The notes under the pieces: generated by a model | What the model was told of the DNA's origin: nothing | Databases searched by the model: none | The model's input: only the letters and a program-made list of their open reading frames with translations | NCBI GenBank assembly: GCA_010909165.1 | Contig: VJWM01000019.1 | Span: forward strand, 1,302,001 to 1,366,000 | Origin: Anthoceros angustus | Taxonomy: Eukaryota; Plantae; Anthocerotophyta | DNA: 64,000 nucleotides | Direction of reading: 5' to 3' | In this document: positions 36,231 to 49,863 of the stretch, one piece after another | How positions within the stretch are numbered: the first letter of the stretch is position 1 | How the letters are laid out: each line of letters opens with the position of its first letter | Program-made: the position numbers and the translations under genes

Positions 36231-39200
36231 ACCAGGTTTCCTCCCTCACGGGACTCCTCCGTGGCTCTCCTCAAGTCCTCCATGTTCCCGATCGCCCGGT
36301 GACTCCTTCTGCTGGCCCCTCCTTCCATGGTGAGGTGCGGGGTGCTTACCTCGATCGCATCCGCCGCTCCTCCTCGCTCCTCCGGCTGCTCCTCGGTTGC
36401 TCCTCTCCGCTCCGTCATCTCCAAACAGGCCACTAGGGTCCCTGTCTTTGTCCCGTGGCCTTCATCTCCTTGAGCCTTCCGGTCCGTCCGTCTGCTTGCG
36501 CCGAGAGGCTTCATCGCCTCAGAGCTCGCGGTAATAGGCAAAGTCCGAATCGACTTGTTGAATTGCCTCTTCCACGTGCCCGAGCACCGATACTCCCTCC
36601 GCCATAAGTGTTCCGGAGCGGGCGTCGCTTGTTGGGCCACCTCTCCGCCAGACGACACCGAGCCGGTCAGATCACGCGAGGCTACAAGGCGGCCTCGGTC
36701 ACCTCCTGCTGCCATGTTGCTCACTTTGCTCCGGCTCCGTCGTTTCCTTCCATTGCCCGCTTACCGCGCGTTCCCTTCCGCCTTTCTCACTGGACCAGCT
36801 TTCTTTTCGCTTGCTCGCTCCTCCGTTCATTACGGCCTTTAGCTCATGACTCCCTCTCAGGCGGTCGGATACCTCCGTCCAGGCTCGGACTTCCTCCACC
36901 TCTTCAGAGCCCGGCAACGCCCAACCTCGATAGTCGCCGATTTTCCTCCGCCTTCGACGGAGCCGAGGCACTCTTCGCTCAAGTCGTGGATTCTCTCGTT
37001 GAGAATCACCGCCGCCCGACGATCTTGGAGTTGTAGCCCGTGTCTCGTCCTCCATCTGCCGCCTCCTTCTACTCCTGGCAGAGATCCCTATCTCCCGAGT
37101 CTTGGCCCTTGCTCGCTCCATAGCCTGCGGGCCTTCGAGTTAGCCTCCTACGTCATACCGACTCTTCCACCCGATCACGTCAGAGTGATCCTGCCTTGCC
37201 GCGGCCCACTCTTCGCCGCCTTTACAGGCCTCGCCCACTTGGCGCCGCTTAGCCGGGCCGCCTCCGCGGTCCGAGCTCTCTGCTTGTGCCGGGCCTCTTC
37301 CGCCTCTGCTGCGCTTCCCTCTTGCAAGGTCCTCCGCCCGCTTGGCCTCTCGAGGCCACTGCATACCAAGAACCTTGGCTTGGCCCCGCCGAACCGCCTG
37401 GCCTCGGCCCCTCTTATCTGCGCCCAAGGTGGCGTCTTTATTACACCCCTATTACGGCGTGCCATTTCGGTATACCTAATCGACGCCTACCATTCTCCCC
37501 TATCTCCTTGTTGTTGGGAAGGTCACAGGCCCCTCGGGGGTGGTCAATCCCCGTCAGCGGTTGTGGTGCACCCAATCGGATGATCCGTGGCGGGCCCTCC
37601 TCTCCCGGAATCACAGCCGGGTTGGGCTCTGGCGGTCGACAACCGCCCGTTACCACGTCATCCTCCCTGGCCTCACAGGTCCTTGGCGGTGGGGCCACCG
37701 GCTCCCCTAAGCGTAAGTCGAAGGGGCTCCTCCTTCTTGATCGGTCCTCGAGGTCTGTCTCGACTCACGAACTTGAGTCCGGCTTATTCACAGGTCCGTG
37801 GCTAGGTCCGACCTTGTCTCGGGTCCGGACCTCGGTCCGGACTTATTAAGTCCGGACTTGAGTCGGACTTATTAAGTCGGACTTGGTCGGCCTCCCTCAG
37901 GGTCCGGACAAAGTCGGACTCCGCCCACCGGGTTTCCTCCCTCACGGGACTCCTCAGTGGCTCTCCCTCGAAGTCCTCCATGTTCCCGATCGCCCGGTGA
38001 CTCGCCGTTGGCCCTCCTTCCATGGTGAGGTGCGGGGTGCTTACCTCGATCGCATCCGCCGCTCCTCGTTCTGCTCCTCGGTTGCTCCTCTCCTCCGTCA
38101 TCTCAAGCAGGGCCACTAGGGTCCCTGTCTTTGTCCCGTGGCCTTCATCTCCAGGCCTTCCGGTCCGTTCTGCGGCCGTCGAGGCTTCTCCGGGGGCTCG
38201 GCGTGGTAATAGGCAAAGTCAGATCGACTTGAATTGCCTCTTCCACGTGTGCGGGCACCGATACTCCCTCCGCCATAAGTGTTCCGGAGCGGGCGTCGCT
38301 TGTTGGGCCACCTCTCCGCCAGACGACACCGAGCCGGTCAGATCACGCGAGGCTACAAGGCGGCCTCGGTCACCTCCTGCTGCCATGTTGCTCACTTGCT
38401 CCGGCTCCGTCGTTTCCTTCCATTGCCCGCTTACCGCGCGTTCCCTTCCGCCTTTCTCACTGGACCAGCTTTCTTTTCGCTTGCTCGCTCCTCCGTTCAT
38501 TACGGCCTTTAGCTCATGACTCCCTCTCAGGCGGTCGGATACCTCCGTCCAGGCTCGGACTTCCTCCACCTCTTCAGAGCCGGCAACGCCCAACCTCGAT
38601 AGTCGCCGATTTTCCTCCGCCTTCGACGGAGCCGAGGCACTCTGTTTCGTGCTCGAGTCGTGGATTCTCTCGTTGAGAATCACCGCCGCCCGACGATCTT
38701 GGAGTTGTAGCCCGTGTCTCGTCCTCCATCTGCCGCCTCCTTCTACCTCCTGCGGTGTACTCGGAGATCCCTATCTCCCGAGTCTTGGCCCTTGCTCGCT
38801 CCTTAGCTTGTGCCGGGCCTCTTCCGCCTCCTTCTACCTCCTGCTCCTTGGGCCACCTCTCCGCTCCGTCATCTCAAGCAGGGCCACTAGGGTCCCTGTC
38901 TTTGTCCCGTGGCCTTCATCTCCTTCGCCGCCTTTACAGGCCTCGCCCACTTGGCGCCGCTTAGCCGGGCCGCCTCCGCCAGTCCCGAGCTCTCTGCTTG
39001 TGCCGGGCCTCTTCCGCCTCCGGCTCATATGGCAGCAGCGTCCAACTCCTTGGATAGTCGCCGATTTTCCTCCGTCTTGAGGCGGGCTGGCACTCTGTTT
39101 CGTGCTCGAGTCGTGGATTCTCTCGTTGAGAATCACTGCTCAAGCGCATCTTGGGTTGTAGCTCCGTGTCCTTCCGTCCTCCATCTGCTGCCGCCTCCTT

Positions 39201-42200
39201 CTACCTCCTGCGGTACTCGGAGATCCCTATCTCCCGTCTTGGCCCTTGCACTCCATAGCCTTTGTCGGCCTTGAGGTTACCTCGGTACTGACTCTCTCCA
39301 CGGTTCCGATCATGATCCGGTCGCTCTTTTGCAGCGGCTCAGGCTCCTTTCCGGCCTCGCCCAGGCCTCGGGCCGCCTCCAGTCCGAGCTCTCTGCCGGG
39401 CCTCTTCCGCCTCTGCTGCGCTTCCCTCTTAGCACTGCAAGGTCCTCCGCCTCTTGGCCTCTCGAGGCCACTGCATACCAAGAACCTTGGCTTGGCCCCG
39501 CCGAACCGCCTGGCCTCGGCCCGCCACCGGCGCTTCCTTCCTCGATCCGAGCGAGGGACTCCGCCTTTCCTTTGCCCCTCGCCGCCTTCACTTGCTCTTG
39601 AGTTCCACCATCCTCCTCCGGGTGGCCTCCACTTCTGGGTCTTCTCCACTCACAGAGACCCCAAAGCATTCCGTCCATGGCGGTAGCAGGACTCGCCGTG
39701 TTTCTTCCACGGCCACCGTGAGGCCCCACAAAGTCCGTAGTGGAGCCGGCATTTCTCGGCCAAGGACCTCCATACCCCCGAGTAAGTCCGGACTGGGTTC
39801 TCGGACCTAATCGGGACCCTCGGTCACAGTGGTGGTCAGTCTCACCCTCTTGGCCCTTGCACTCCATAGCCTTTGTCGGCCTTGAGGTTACCTCGGTACT
39901 GACTCTCTCCACGGTTCCGATCATGATCCGGTCGCTCTTTTGCAGCGGCTCAGGCTCCTTTCCGGCCTCGCCCAGGCCTCGGGCCGCCTCCAGTCCGAGC
40001 TCTCTGCCGGGCCTCTTCCGCCTCTGCTGCGCTTCCCTCTTAGCACTGCAAGGTCCTCCGCCTTGGCCTCTGAGCTTGCTTTGTTGCTGGTGAAGAACCT
40101 TAACCCGATCTGCTTGAACCGGGCCTCGCTCCACCGGCGTTTCCCTTCCTCGATCCGGCGAGGACTCCGCCTTTCCTTTGCCCCTCGGCCGCCTTCACTT
40201 GCTCTTGGGTTCCACCATCCTCCTCGGGTGGCCTCCACTTCTGGGTCTTCTCCATTTGTACCAGAGACCCCAAAGCATTCCGTCCATGGCGGTAGACTTC
40301 GTGTTTCTTCCACGGCACTGAGAGTAGGGCCGGCATTTCTCGGTCCAGGACCTCCATCTGCGAGTCCGGGAGTGGGTTCTCGGACCTAATCGGGACCCTC
40401 GGTCACAGTGGTGGTCAGTCTCACCCTCTTGGCCCTCTTGGCCTCTAACTCCTTTGTGCCCTCTTTCTCCGGGGCCTTGAGGTTCTCATTTGCTGGACTC
40501 TCGGTTCGATCACGTGCATGATGGTCGCTCTTTTGCCGGCTTGAGCTCCTTCGCCGCCTTTACAGGCCTCGCCCACTTGGCTACTCGGGCCGCCTCCGCG
40601 GTCCGAGCTCTCTGCTTGTGCCGGGCCTCTTCCGCCTCTGCTGCGCTTCCCTCTTGCAAGGTCCTCCGCGCTTGGCCTCTGAGCTTGCTTGTTACGGTGA
40701 AGAACCTTAACCATCTGCTGAACCGCCGGGCCTCGCGCTCCGCCACCGGCGTTTCCCTTCCTCGATCGGCGAGGACTCCGCCTTTCCTTTGCCCCTCGGC
40801 CGCTTCACTTGCTCTTGGGTTCCACCATCCTCCTCGGGTGGCCTCCACTTCACAGGTCTTCTCCATGTACCAGAGACCCCAAAGCATTCCGTCCATGGCG
40901 GTAGCAGGACTCGCCGTGTTTCTTCCACGGCCGAGTGAGGCCCCACAAAGTCCGTAGTGGGGCCGGCATTTCTCGATCCGCCAAGGACCTCCATACCATG
41001 ATCGGGGTCGGGGTGGGTTCTCGGACCTAATCGGGACCCTCGGTCACAGTGGTGGTCAGTCTCACCCTCTTGGCCCTCTTGGCCTCTAACTCCTTTGTGC
41101 CCTCTTTCTCCACAGGGCTCGGAGGAGGTGAGGGGGTCCGGAGCAAGCTCTTTTGCCCCTTCCCCGGGACAGACTGCTCGGGTGGCCTCCACTTCTGGGT
41201 CTTCTCCATGAGACCCCAAAGCATTCCGTCCATGGCGGTAGAACTTCGCCGTGTTTCTTCCACGGCCGTGAGAGGCCCCACAAAGTCCGTAGTGGGGCCG
41301 GCATTTCTCGATCCCAAGGACCTCCATCCCTTGATCCGGAGTAAGTCGGTGGGTTCTCGGACCTAATCGGGACCCTCGGTCACAGTGGTGGTCAGTCTCA
41401 CCCTCTTGGCCCTCTTGGCCTCTAACTCCTTTGTGCCCTCTTTCTCACAGGGCTCGGAGGAGGTGAGGGGGTCGGGAGCAAGCTCTTTTGCCCCTTCACA
41501 GCCGGGGCAGGCGGCTCGAGGTGGGCTGCTGACCTCCACTCCTTGGGCCACGTCCCTTCGCCTCCCACCGCCTCTTGACCTCTTGCAGGTGGGTAAGGCA
41601 CTGCACCTTCCGAGGTCACAGGTAGGCGGCACCGTCTTCCGCCTCCGGCTCATACATGGCAGCAGCGTCCAACTCCTTGGATAGTCGCGATTTTCCTCCG
41701 TCTTGAGGAGGGAGGCACTCTGTTTCGTGCTCGGTCGTGGATTCTCTCGTTGAGAATCACTGCTGCTCACGCATCTTGGGTTGTAGCTCGGCGTGTCCTT
41801 CTTGTCCTCCATCTGCCGCCTCCTTCTACCTCCTGCATGTGCTCGGAGATCCCTATCTCCCGAGTCTTGGCCCTTGCACCTCCATAGCGCCTTTGTCGCG
41901 GCCTTGAGTTAGCCTCGGTACTGCTGTGACTCTCTCCACGGTTCGATCACGTCTGTAGTGATCCGGTCGCTCTTTTGCGACTTGGCTCCTTCGCCGCCTT
42001 TACAGGCCTCGCCCCGCCTTGCTCTGGCCGGGCCGCCTCCGCGGTCCGAGCTCTCTGCTTGTGCGGGCCTCTTCCTCCTGCGCTTCCCTCTTCGCAAGGT
42101 CCTCCGCGCTTGGCCTCTGAGCTTGCTTATTTGTTGCCGCGGTGAAGAACCTTAAGATCTGCTGAACGCCGGGCCTCGCGCTCCGCCACCGGCGTTTCCC

Positions 42201-45200
42201 TTCCTCGATCCGAGGGACTCCGCCTTTCCTTTGCCCCTCGGCGCCTTCACTTGCTCTTGGGTTCCACCATCCTCCTCGGGTGGCCTCCACTTCACAGGTC
42301 TTCTCCATGTACCAGAGACCCCAAAGCATTCCGTCCATGGCGGTAGAACTTCGCCGTGTTTCTTCCACGGCGGTGTGAGGCCCCACAAAGTCCGTAGTGG
42401 GGCCGGCATTTCTCGGTCCCAAGGACCTCCATCCCTTGATCCGGAGTAAGTCGGTGGGTTCTCGGACCTAATCGGGACCCTCGGGTCACAGTGGTGGTCA
42501 GTCTCACCCTCTTGGCCCTCTTGGCCTCTAACTCCTTTGTGCCCTCTTTCTCACAGGGCTCGGAGGAGGTGAGGGGGTCGGGAGCAAGCTCTTTTGCCCC
42601 TTCACAGCCGGGGCAGGCGGCTCGAGGTGGGCTGCTGACCTCCACTCCTTGGGCCACGTCCCTTCGCCTCCCACCGCCTCTTGACCTCTTGCAGGTGGGT
42701 AAGGCACTGCACCTTCCGAGGTCACAGGTAGGCGGCACCGCCTTCCTCCGAGTTCGTCGGGGCTCGGCGGTCGTGGTTGTTGTTGTTGTTGTGCAGCCGG
42801 TCGGGCCGCGCCCTCGGCATCGGCTCCCTCACTGTCTTGCTCGGCACCAAAAGGAGGAAGGGAATCGCCTCCCAAACTTCCCTGGGTGGTGAGGGGTTCG
42901 CTCAGGGCGTATGGAGTCAGGAATCCTCCCGCCGCCTCCTCCGAGTCCGCTTGGTCTTGAAGGGCGACCCCCACCTCAGGCGCCCTTGCACGCTCTACTT
43001 GGCGGGGCCTCCGGCCCTTGGCGCTCAAGCTCTCCTTCAGAGCTCGAAATGTCCCCATACATGAATCGGTATGGGGTCAGCCCCGATGGCGAGGGCTTCT
43101 CGCTCCTTAGCTTGCGTGCCTCTGGTGAACGGGCGAAGATAATCCTTCCCGTCGCTCTCTTCCCATTGGGCGCATGCGAGAATACCAGTTATCACCAAGG
43201 TGATCCACCTTGGTGAGCAGTGTTCCAATGGACAATGATCCGGGCTACCGCCTTACTCGACCGTCGCCAGATCGGATATCAACCATCCGTTGGTTGTCCG
43301 CTGCCTGTGCCCTCAAGATCGCCACTGGTGGCCCTATCTTCCCTTCGCCTTAAGGGGCTCGGCACCACGCCCCTTCTTCCTCCTTCTGTAGGCCATCCTC
43401 GGGACCTCCAAGGTCCATCGCCTGGTCCTCCGGAGGTTCTTGGATCGGACCTCCTTGTTGATCGCCGATCTTCCGCAAACTCCCGACTAGAGTAGCGTTG
43501 TCAAAGGTCCGACCATTTGGAACACGTCCGGATGCCACTCCTGCACCAATTCCCTGCTTCCTCCACCAGGCAAGTCCGGATAGCGCGGGTCACAATGTTG
43601 CGCCCACGAGGGTCCATGGCTCCTGCACCAATTCCCTGCTTCCTCCGGCCCGAAGTCCGGATAGCGCGGGTCACAATGTTGCGCTCCACGGTCCATGGCT
43701 CCCAGTTTCCGTCGGCTTTTGGGTGCCATTGCTTCCTCCTGTAGCCGCCGTCGAGTCCGCCGGGGCACGATGTTCCTCCTTCGCCGCGTTCGCTGCTCCA
43801 ACCTTGACGGTGCGCCACGCCTGCCGATCGGCGCCCAAAAAGATAGCGCCAGAGAGCCGGAATGGAGCGCAAGGGACCGTGAGGATTGTCTGAGGTCGCG
43901 AAATAAATGACCTCCCTCCTTGGCCGCCAGGAAGTAACCGCGGAAGGCGCTGGTCCAGAATCGCCGGGTCCGCATGGCTTACGACCCACGCCTGCTTACT
44001 CGCCTTACGCCTCTTGACCTCTTGCCACTCGTGGGCGGGGTAAATCTGCACCTCGAGGTCTTTGCGTTGGTAAGCGGCACCGTCTTCGCCTCTTGGCTCC
44101 CGTTGAGTTCGTCGGGGCTCGGCGGTCGTGGTTGTTGTTGTTGTTGTGCAGCCGGTCGGGCCGCGCCCTCGGCATCGGCTCCCTCACTGTCTTGCTCGGC
44201 ACCAAAAGGAGGAAGGGAATCGCCTCCCAAACTTCCACAGGTGGTGAGGGGTTCGCTCAGGGCGTATAGTCAGGAATCCTCGATCGTCCTCCTCCGAGTC
44301 GCTTGGTCTTGAAGGGCGACCCCCACCTCAGGCGCCCTTGCACGCTCTACTTGGCGGGGCCTCCGCCGGGCGCCGCTCAAGCTCTCCCTCCTTGAGCTCG
44401 AAATGTCCCCATACATGAATCGGTATGGGGTCGGCCGATGGCGAGGCTTCTCGCTCCTTAGCTTGCGTGCCTCTGGCAACGGCGAAGATAATCCTTCCCG
44501 TCGCTCTCTTCCCATTGGGCGCATGCGAGAATACCAGTTATCACCAAGGTGATCCACCTTGGTGGCGAGTTCAATGGACAATGATCCGGGCTACCGCCTT
44601 ACTCGGATCCGGCGGATCGGATATCAACCATCCGTTGGTTGTCCTGCGTTCGAGCCTCGGCGCCGGTGGCCCTATCTTCCCGCCTTAAGGGGCTCGGCAC
44701 CGCCCCTTCTTCCTCCTTGGGTTGTAGGCCATCCTCGGGACCTCAAGGTCCATCGCCTCGGTCCTCCGGAGGTTCTTGGATCGGACCTCCTTGTTGATCG
44801 CCGCCCGGCATCTTCGGGCAAACTCCGGACTAGAGTAGCGTTGTCAAAGGTCCGAACCATTTGGAACACGTCCGGATGCCACTCCTGCACCAATTCCTCC
44901 TCCGGCCGGGCCCGAAGTCGGATAGCGCGGGTCACAATGTTGCGCTCCACGGTCCATGGCTCCCAGACTCATCGGCTTTTGGGTGCCATTGCTTTCTCCT
45001 CCTCTTGTTCTTGTAGAGTCCGTGGCACGATGTTCCTCCTTCGCCCGTTCATTGCTCCAACCTTGTGATGCGCGCTCTAAAGGTGGCGCCCAAAAGCGCG
45101 AGCGGATTGCGGGCGCAAGGGCTGAGGATGCGGAGTGCGCGTGAGCACCTCCCTCCTTGGCGCTTGTGGAAATGCTGGCGGAAGCGCCTCTTCGTTGTCC

Positions 45201-45436
45201 GTAGCGCGAGTGCGCGGCTTCTCGACCCTCGCTTACTGCGGCCTTCGCGCGCGCGCGGGCGTGAATACCGCTATAACGGCCTCGCAAGGTTACCCCGGCC
45301 TCATGCCCGACCTCCACTCGGCCGCCCACGTGGCGCCCTGCCTCGTCCCTCACGCCTCCACTCCTAGGTTACTTTCCTGGCGTACTTATCCTATTTTGAC
45401 TGGGGTGGGTTCCGGACTTATCTCATTCGGCGTAGT

Positions 45437-48400
45437 CCGAGCTCTCTGCTTGTGCGGGCCTCTTCCGCCTCTGCTGCGCTTCCCTCTTCAAGGTCCTCCG
45501 CGCTTGGCCTCCCAGGCTTGCTTGTGACTGAAGAACCTTAACCAGTCTGCTTGAACCCGGCCTCGCTCCGCCACCGGCGTTTCCCTTCCTCGATCCGGGG
45601 ACTCCGCCTTTCCTTTGCCCCTCGCCTTCACTTGCTCTTGGGTTCCACCATCCTCCTCGGGTGGCCTCCACTTCTGGGTCTTCTCCATGAGACCCCAAAG
45701 CATTCCGTCCATGGCGGTAGAACTTCGCCGTGTTTCTTCCACGGCCGTGAGAGGCCCCACAAAGTCCGTAGTGGGGCCGGCATTTCTCGATCCCAAGGAC
45801 CTCCATCCCTTGATCCGGAGTAAGTCGGTGGGTTCTCGGACCTAATCGGGACCCTCGGGTCACAGTGGTGGTCAGTCTCACCCTCTTGGCCCTCTTGGCC
45901 TCTAACTCCTTTGTGCCCTCTTTCTCACAGGGCTCGGAGGAGGTGAGGGGGTCGGGAGCAAGCTCTTTTGCCCCTTCACAGCCGGGGCAGGCGGCTCGAG
46001 GTGGGCTGCTGACCTCCACTCCTTGGGCCACGTCCTTTGCCCCTCCTTACGCCTCTTGACCTCTTGCCACTCAGGTAGGCGGGGTAAGAATCGGCACCTT
46101 CGAGGTCTTTGCGTTGGTAAGCGGCACCGCCTCTTGGCCCTCTTGGCTCCCGTTGAGTTCGTCGGGGCTCGGCGTCGTGGTTGTTAATTTGTTACTGCGG
46201 TCGGGCCGCCGCGCCCTCCGGCATCGGCTCCCTCCAGTCTTGCTCGGAGGGCACCAAAAGGAGGAAGGGAATCGCCTCCCAAACTTCCACAGGTGGTGAG
46301 GGGTTCGCTCAGGGCGTATGGAGTCAGGAATCCTCGATCGTCCTCCTCCAGTCGCTTGGTCTTGAAGGGCGACCCCCACCTCAGGCGCCCTTGCTCTACT
46401 TGGCGGGGCCTCCGGCCCTTGGGCGCCCGCTCAAGCTCCCTCCTTGAGGGCTCGAAATGTCCCCATACATGAATCGGTATGGGGTCGGCCGATGGCGAGG
46501 CTTCTCGCTCCTTAGCGTGCCTCTGGTGAGCCAGGCGAAGATAATCCTTCCCGTCGCTCTCTTCCCATTGGGCGCATGCGAGAATACCAGCGAGTTATCA
46601 CCAAGGTGATCCACCTTGGTGGCGAGTTCAATGGACAATGATCCGGGCTACCGCCTTACTCGTATCCGGATCGGATATCAACCATCCGTTGGTTGTCCAT
46701 TGCGTTCGAGCCTCGGCATCGCGGTGGCCCTATCTTCCCCGCCTTAAGGGGCTCGGCACCGCCCCTTCTTCCTCCTTGGTTGTAGGCCATCCTCGGGACC
46801 TCAAGGTCCATCGCCTCGGTCCTCCGGAGGTTCTTGGATCGGACCTCCTTGTTGATCGGACATCTTCGGGCAAACTCCGGACTAGAGTAGCGTTGTCAAA
46901 GGTCGAGACCATTTGGAACACGTCCGGATGCCACTCCTGCACCAATTCCCTTCCTCCGGCCCGGGCCCGAAGTCCGGATAGCGCGGGTCACAATGTTGCG
47001 CTCCACGGTCCATGGCTCCCAGACTCGGCTTTTGGGTGCCATTGCTTTCTCCTCCTCTTGTTCTTGTAGGCTGGCGGAGTCCGTGGCACGATGTTCCTCC
47101 TTGCGTTGCTCCAACCCAGCGGTCGCGCTCTAAAAGGCGCCCAAAAAGCGAGCGGATTGCGGGCGCAAGGGCTATGAGGATTGCGGAGGCTGCCGGCCAT
47201 GACCTCCCTCCTTGGCGCTTGTGGAAATGCTGGGCGGAAGGCGCCTCTTCGTTGTCCGTAGCGCGAGTGCATGGCTTCTCGACCCTCGGCCCTGCGGCCT
47301 TCGCGCGCGCGCGGGCGTGAATACTGCCTGCGGCCTCAGCAGGTTACAGTCTGACCTCTGCATGCCCGACCTCCACTCGGGGCCGTCCACGTGGCGCCCA
47401 TCCTCACGCCTCCGCTCCTAGGTTACTTTCCTGGCGTACTTATCCTATTTTGACACAGGTGGGTTCCGGACTTATCCGTTACTCCGTAGTCGGAGCTTGC
47501 CATAGTGGTACCGGGGTCCGTTGTTCACTCAGTCGGAGTATACTCCGAGCCTCGTCCGGCGCTACCCCAATTTATTCCTCCTTTTCCGCCTTTACAGGCC
47601 TCACTTGGCCTGCTCAGCGCCTCCGAGTCCGAGCTCTCTGCTTGTGCGGGCCTCTTCCGCCTCTGCTGCGCTTCCCTCTTCAAGGTCCTCCGCGCTTGGC
47701 CTCCCAGGCTTGCTTGTGACTGAAGAACCTTAACCAGTCTGCTTGAACCCGGCCTCGCTCCGCCACCGGCGTTTCCCTTCCTCGATCCGGGGACTCCGCC
47801 TTTCCTTTGCCCCTCGCCTTCACTTGCTCTTGGGTTCCACCATCCTCCTCGGGTGGCCTCCACTTCTGGGTCTTCTCCATGAGACCCCAAAGCATTCCGT
47901 CCATGGCGGTAGAACTTCGCCGTGTTTCTTCCACGGCCGTGAGAGGCCCCACAAAGTCCGTAGTGGGGCCGGCATTTCTCGATCCCAAGGACCTCCATCC
48001 CTTGATCCGGAGTAAGTCGGTGGGTTCTCGGACCTAATCGGGACCCTCGGGTCACAGTGGTGGTCAGTCTCACCCTCTTGGCCCTCTTGGCCTCTAACTC
48101 CTTTGTGCCCTCTTTCTCACAGGGCTCGGAGGAGGTGAGGGGGTCGGGAGCAAGCTCTTTTGCCCCTTCACAGCCGGGGCAGGCGGCTCGAGGTGGGCTG
48201 CTGACCTCCACTCCTTGGGCCACGTCCTTTGCCCCTCCTTACGCCTCTTGACCTCTTGCCACTCAGGTAGGCGGGGTAAGAATCGGCACCTTACGAGGTC
48301 TTTGCGTTGGTAAGCGGCACCGCCTCTTGGCCCTCTTGGCTCCCGTTGAGTTCGTCGGGGCTCGGCGTCGTGGTTGTTAATTTGTTACTGCGGTCGGGCC

Positions 48401-49778
48401 GCCGCGCCCTCCGGCATCGGCTCCCTCCAGTCTTGCTCGGAGGGCACCAAAAGGAGGAAGGGAATCGCCTCCCAAACTTCCACAGGTGGTGAGGGGTTCG
48501 CTCAGGGCGTATGGAGTCAGGAATCCTCGATCGTCCTCCTCCAGTCGCTTGGTCTTGAAGGGCGACCCCCACCTCAGGCGCCCTTGCTCTACTTGGCGGG
48601 GCCTCCGGCCCTTGGGCGCCCGCTCAAGCTCCCTCCTTGAGGGCTCGAAATGTCCCCATACATGAATCGGTATGGGGTCGGCCGATGGCAGGCTTCTCGC
48701 TCCTTAGCGTGCCTCTGGTGAGCCAGGCGAAGATAATCCTTCCCGTCGCTCTCTTCCCATTGGGCGCATGCGAGAATACCAGCGAGTTATCACCAAGGTG
48801 ATCCACCTTGGTGGCGAGTTCAATGGACAATGATCCGGGCTACCGCCTTACTCGTATCCGGATCGGATATCAACCATCCGTTGGTTGTCCATTGCGTTCG
48901 AGCCTCGGCATCGCGGTGGCCCTATCTTCCCCGCCTTAAGGGGCTCGGCACCGCCCCTTCTTCCTCCTTGGTTGTAGGCCATCCTCGGGACCTCAAGGTC
49001 CATCGCCTCGGTCCTCCGGAGGTTCTTGGATCGGACCTCCTTGTTGATCGGACATCTTCGGGCAAACTCCGGACTAGAGTAGCGTTGTCAAAGGTCGAGA
49101 CCATTTGGAACACGTCCGGATGCCACTCCTGCACCAATTCCCTTCCTCCGGCCCGGGCCGTCCGGATAGCGCGGGTCACAATGTTGCGCTCCACGGTCCA
49201 TGGCTCCCAGACTCGGCTTTTGGGTGCCATTGCTTTCTCCTCCTCTTGTTCTTGTAGGCTGGCGGAGTCCGTGGCACGATGTTCCTCCTTGCGTTGCTCC
49301 AACCCAGCGGTCGCGCTCTAAAAGGCGCCCAAAAAGCGAGCGGATTGCGGGCGCAAGGGCTATGAGGATTGCGGAGGCTGCCGGCCATGACCTCCCTCCT
49401 TGGCGCTTGTGGAAATGCTGGGCGGAAGGCGCCTCTTCGTTGTCCGTAGCGCGAGTGCATGGCTTCTCGACCCTCGGCCCTGCGGCCTTCGCGCGCGCGC
49501 GGGCGTGAATACTGCCTGCGGCCTCAGCAGGTTACAGTCTGACCTCTGCATGCCCGACCTCCACTCGGGGCCGTCCACGTGGCGCCCATCCTCACGCCTC
49601 CGCTCCTAGGTTACTTTCCTGGCGTACTTATCCTATTTTGACACAGGTGGGTTCCGGACTTATCCGTTACTCGGCGTGGTCCGGAGCTTGCCATAGTGGT
49701 ACCGGGGTCCGTTGTTCACTCAGTCGGAGTATACTCCGAGCCTCGTCCGGCGCTACCCCAATTTATTCCTCCCTTTCC
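45437..49778. repeat. Near-identical ~2.19-kb tandem duplication
   Basis: Identical ORF-track peptides at offsets of 2188-2193 (e.g. 45488-45796 vs 47680-47988). Confidence 0.93.
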
Positions 49779-49863
49779 GCCTTATTTATCCTTCAATCCT
49801 AAAAAAAAACAGAAACCCTACTTATTTCCTAACTCCCCAGGGAAGTGCATAGCCCACACCATG

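Larger units (their letters stand above)
17875..49858 (-). mobile_element. Ty3/Gypsy non-chromovirus LTR retrotransposon, one insertion, internally re-duplicated (32 kb as assembled)
   Basis: Minus-strand termini TGTGG (49858) and CCACA (17875); 5-bp TSD CCATG at 17870-17874 and 49859-49863. Minus-strand order LTR-PBS-gag-PR-RT-RH-INT-PPT-LTR. Confidence 0.9.
35147..49858 (-). repeat. 5' LTR region expanded to ~14.7 kb by internal tandem duplications
   Basis: Outer end abuts the TSD and inner end abuts the PBS; content is reiterated segments of the 3' LTR; TATA-like GATATAAG at 35721-35728. Confidence 0.75.

Noticed and set aside
18491-49609. Hundreds of short ORFs treated as separate genes
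   Set aside because: They are frameshift fragments or antisense shadows of the reiterated retrotransposon.
49812-49820. Telomeric repeat AAACCCTA
   Set aside because: A single telo-box-like unit per LTR start, overlapping the putative polypyrimidine tract; not an array.
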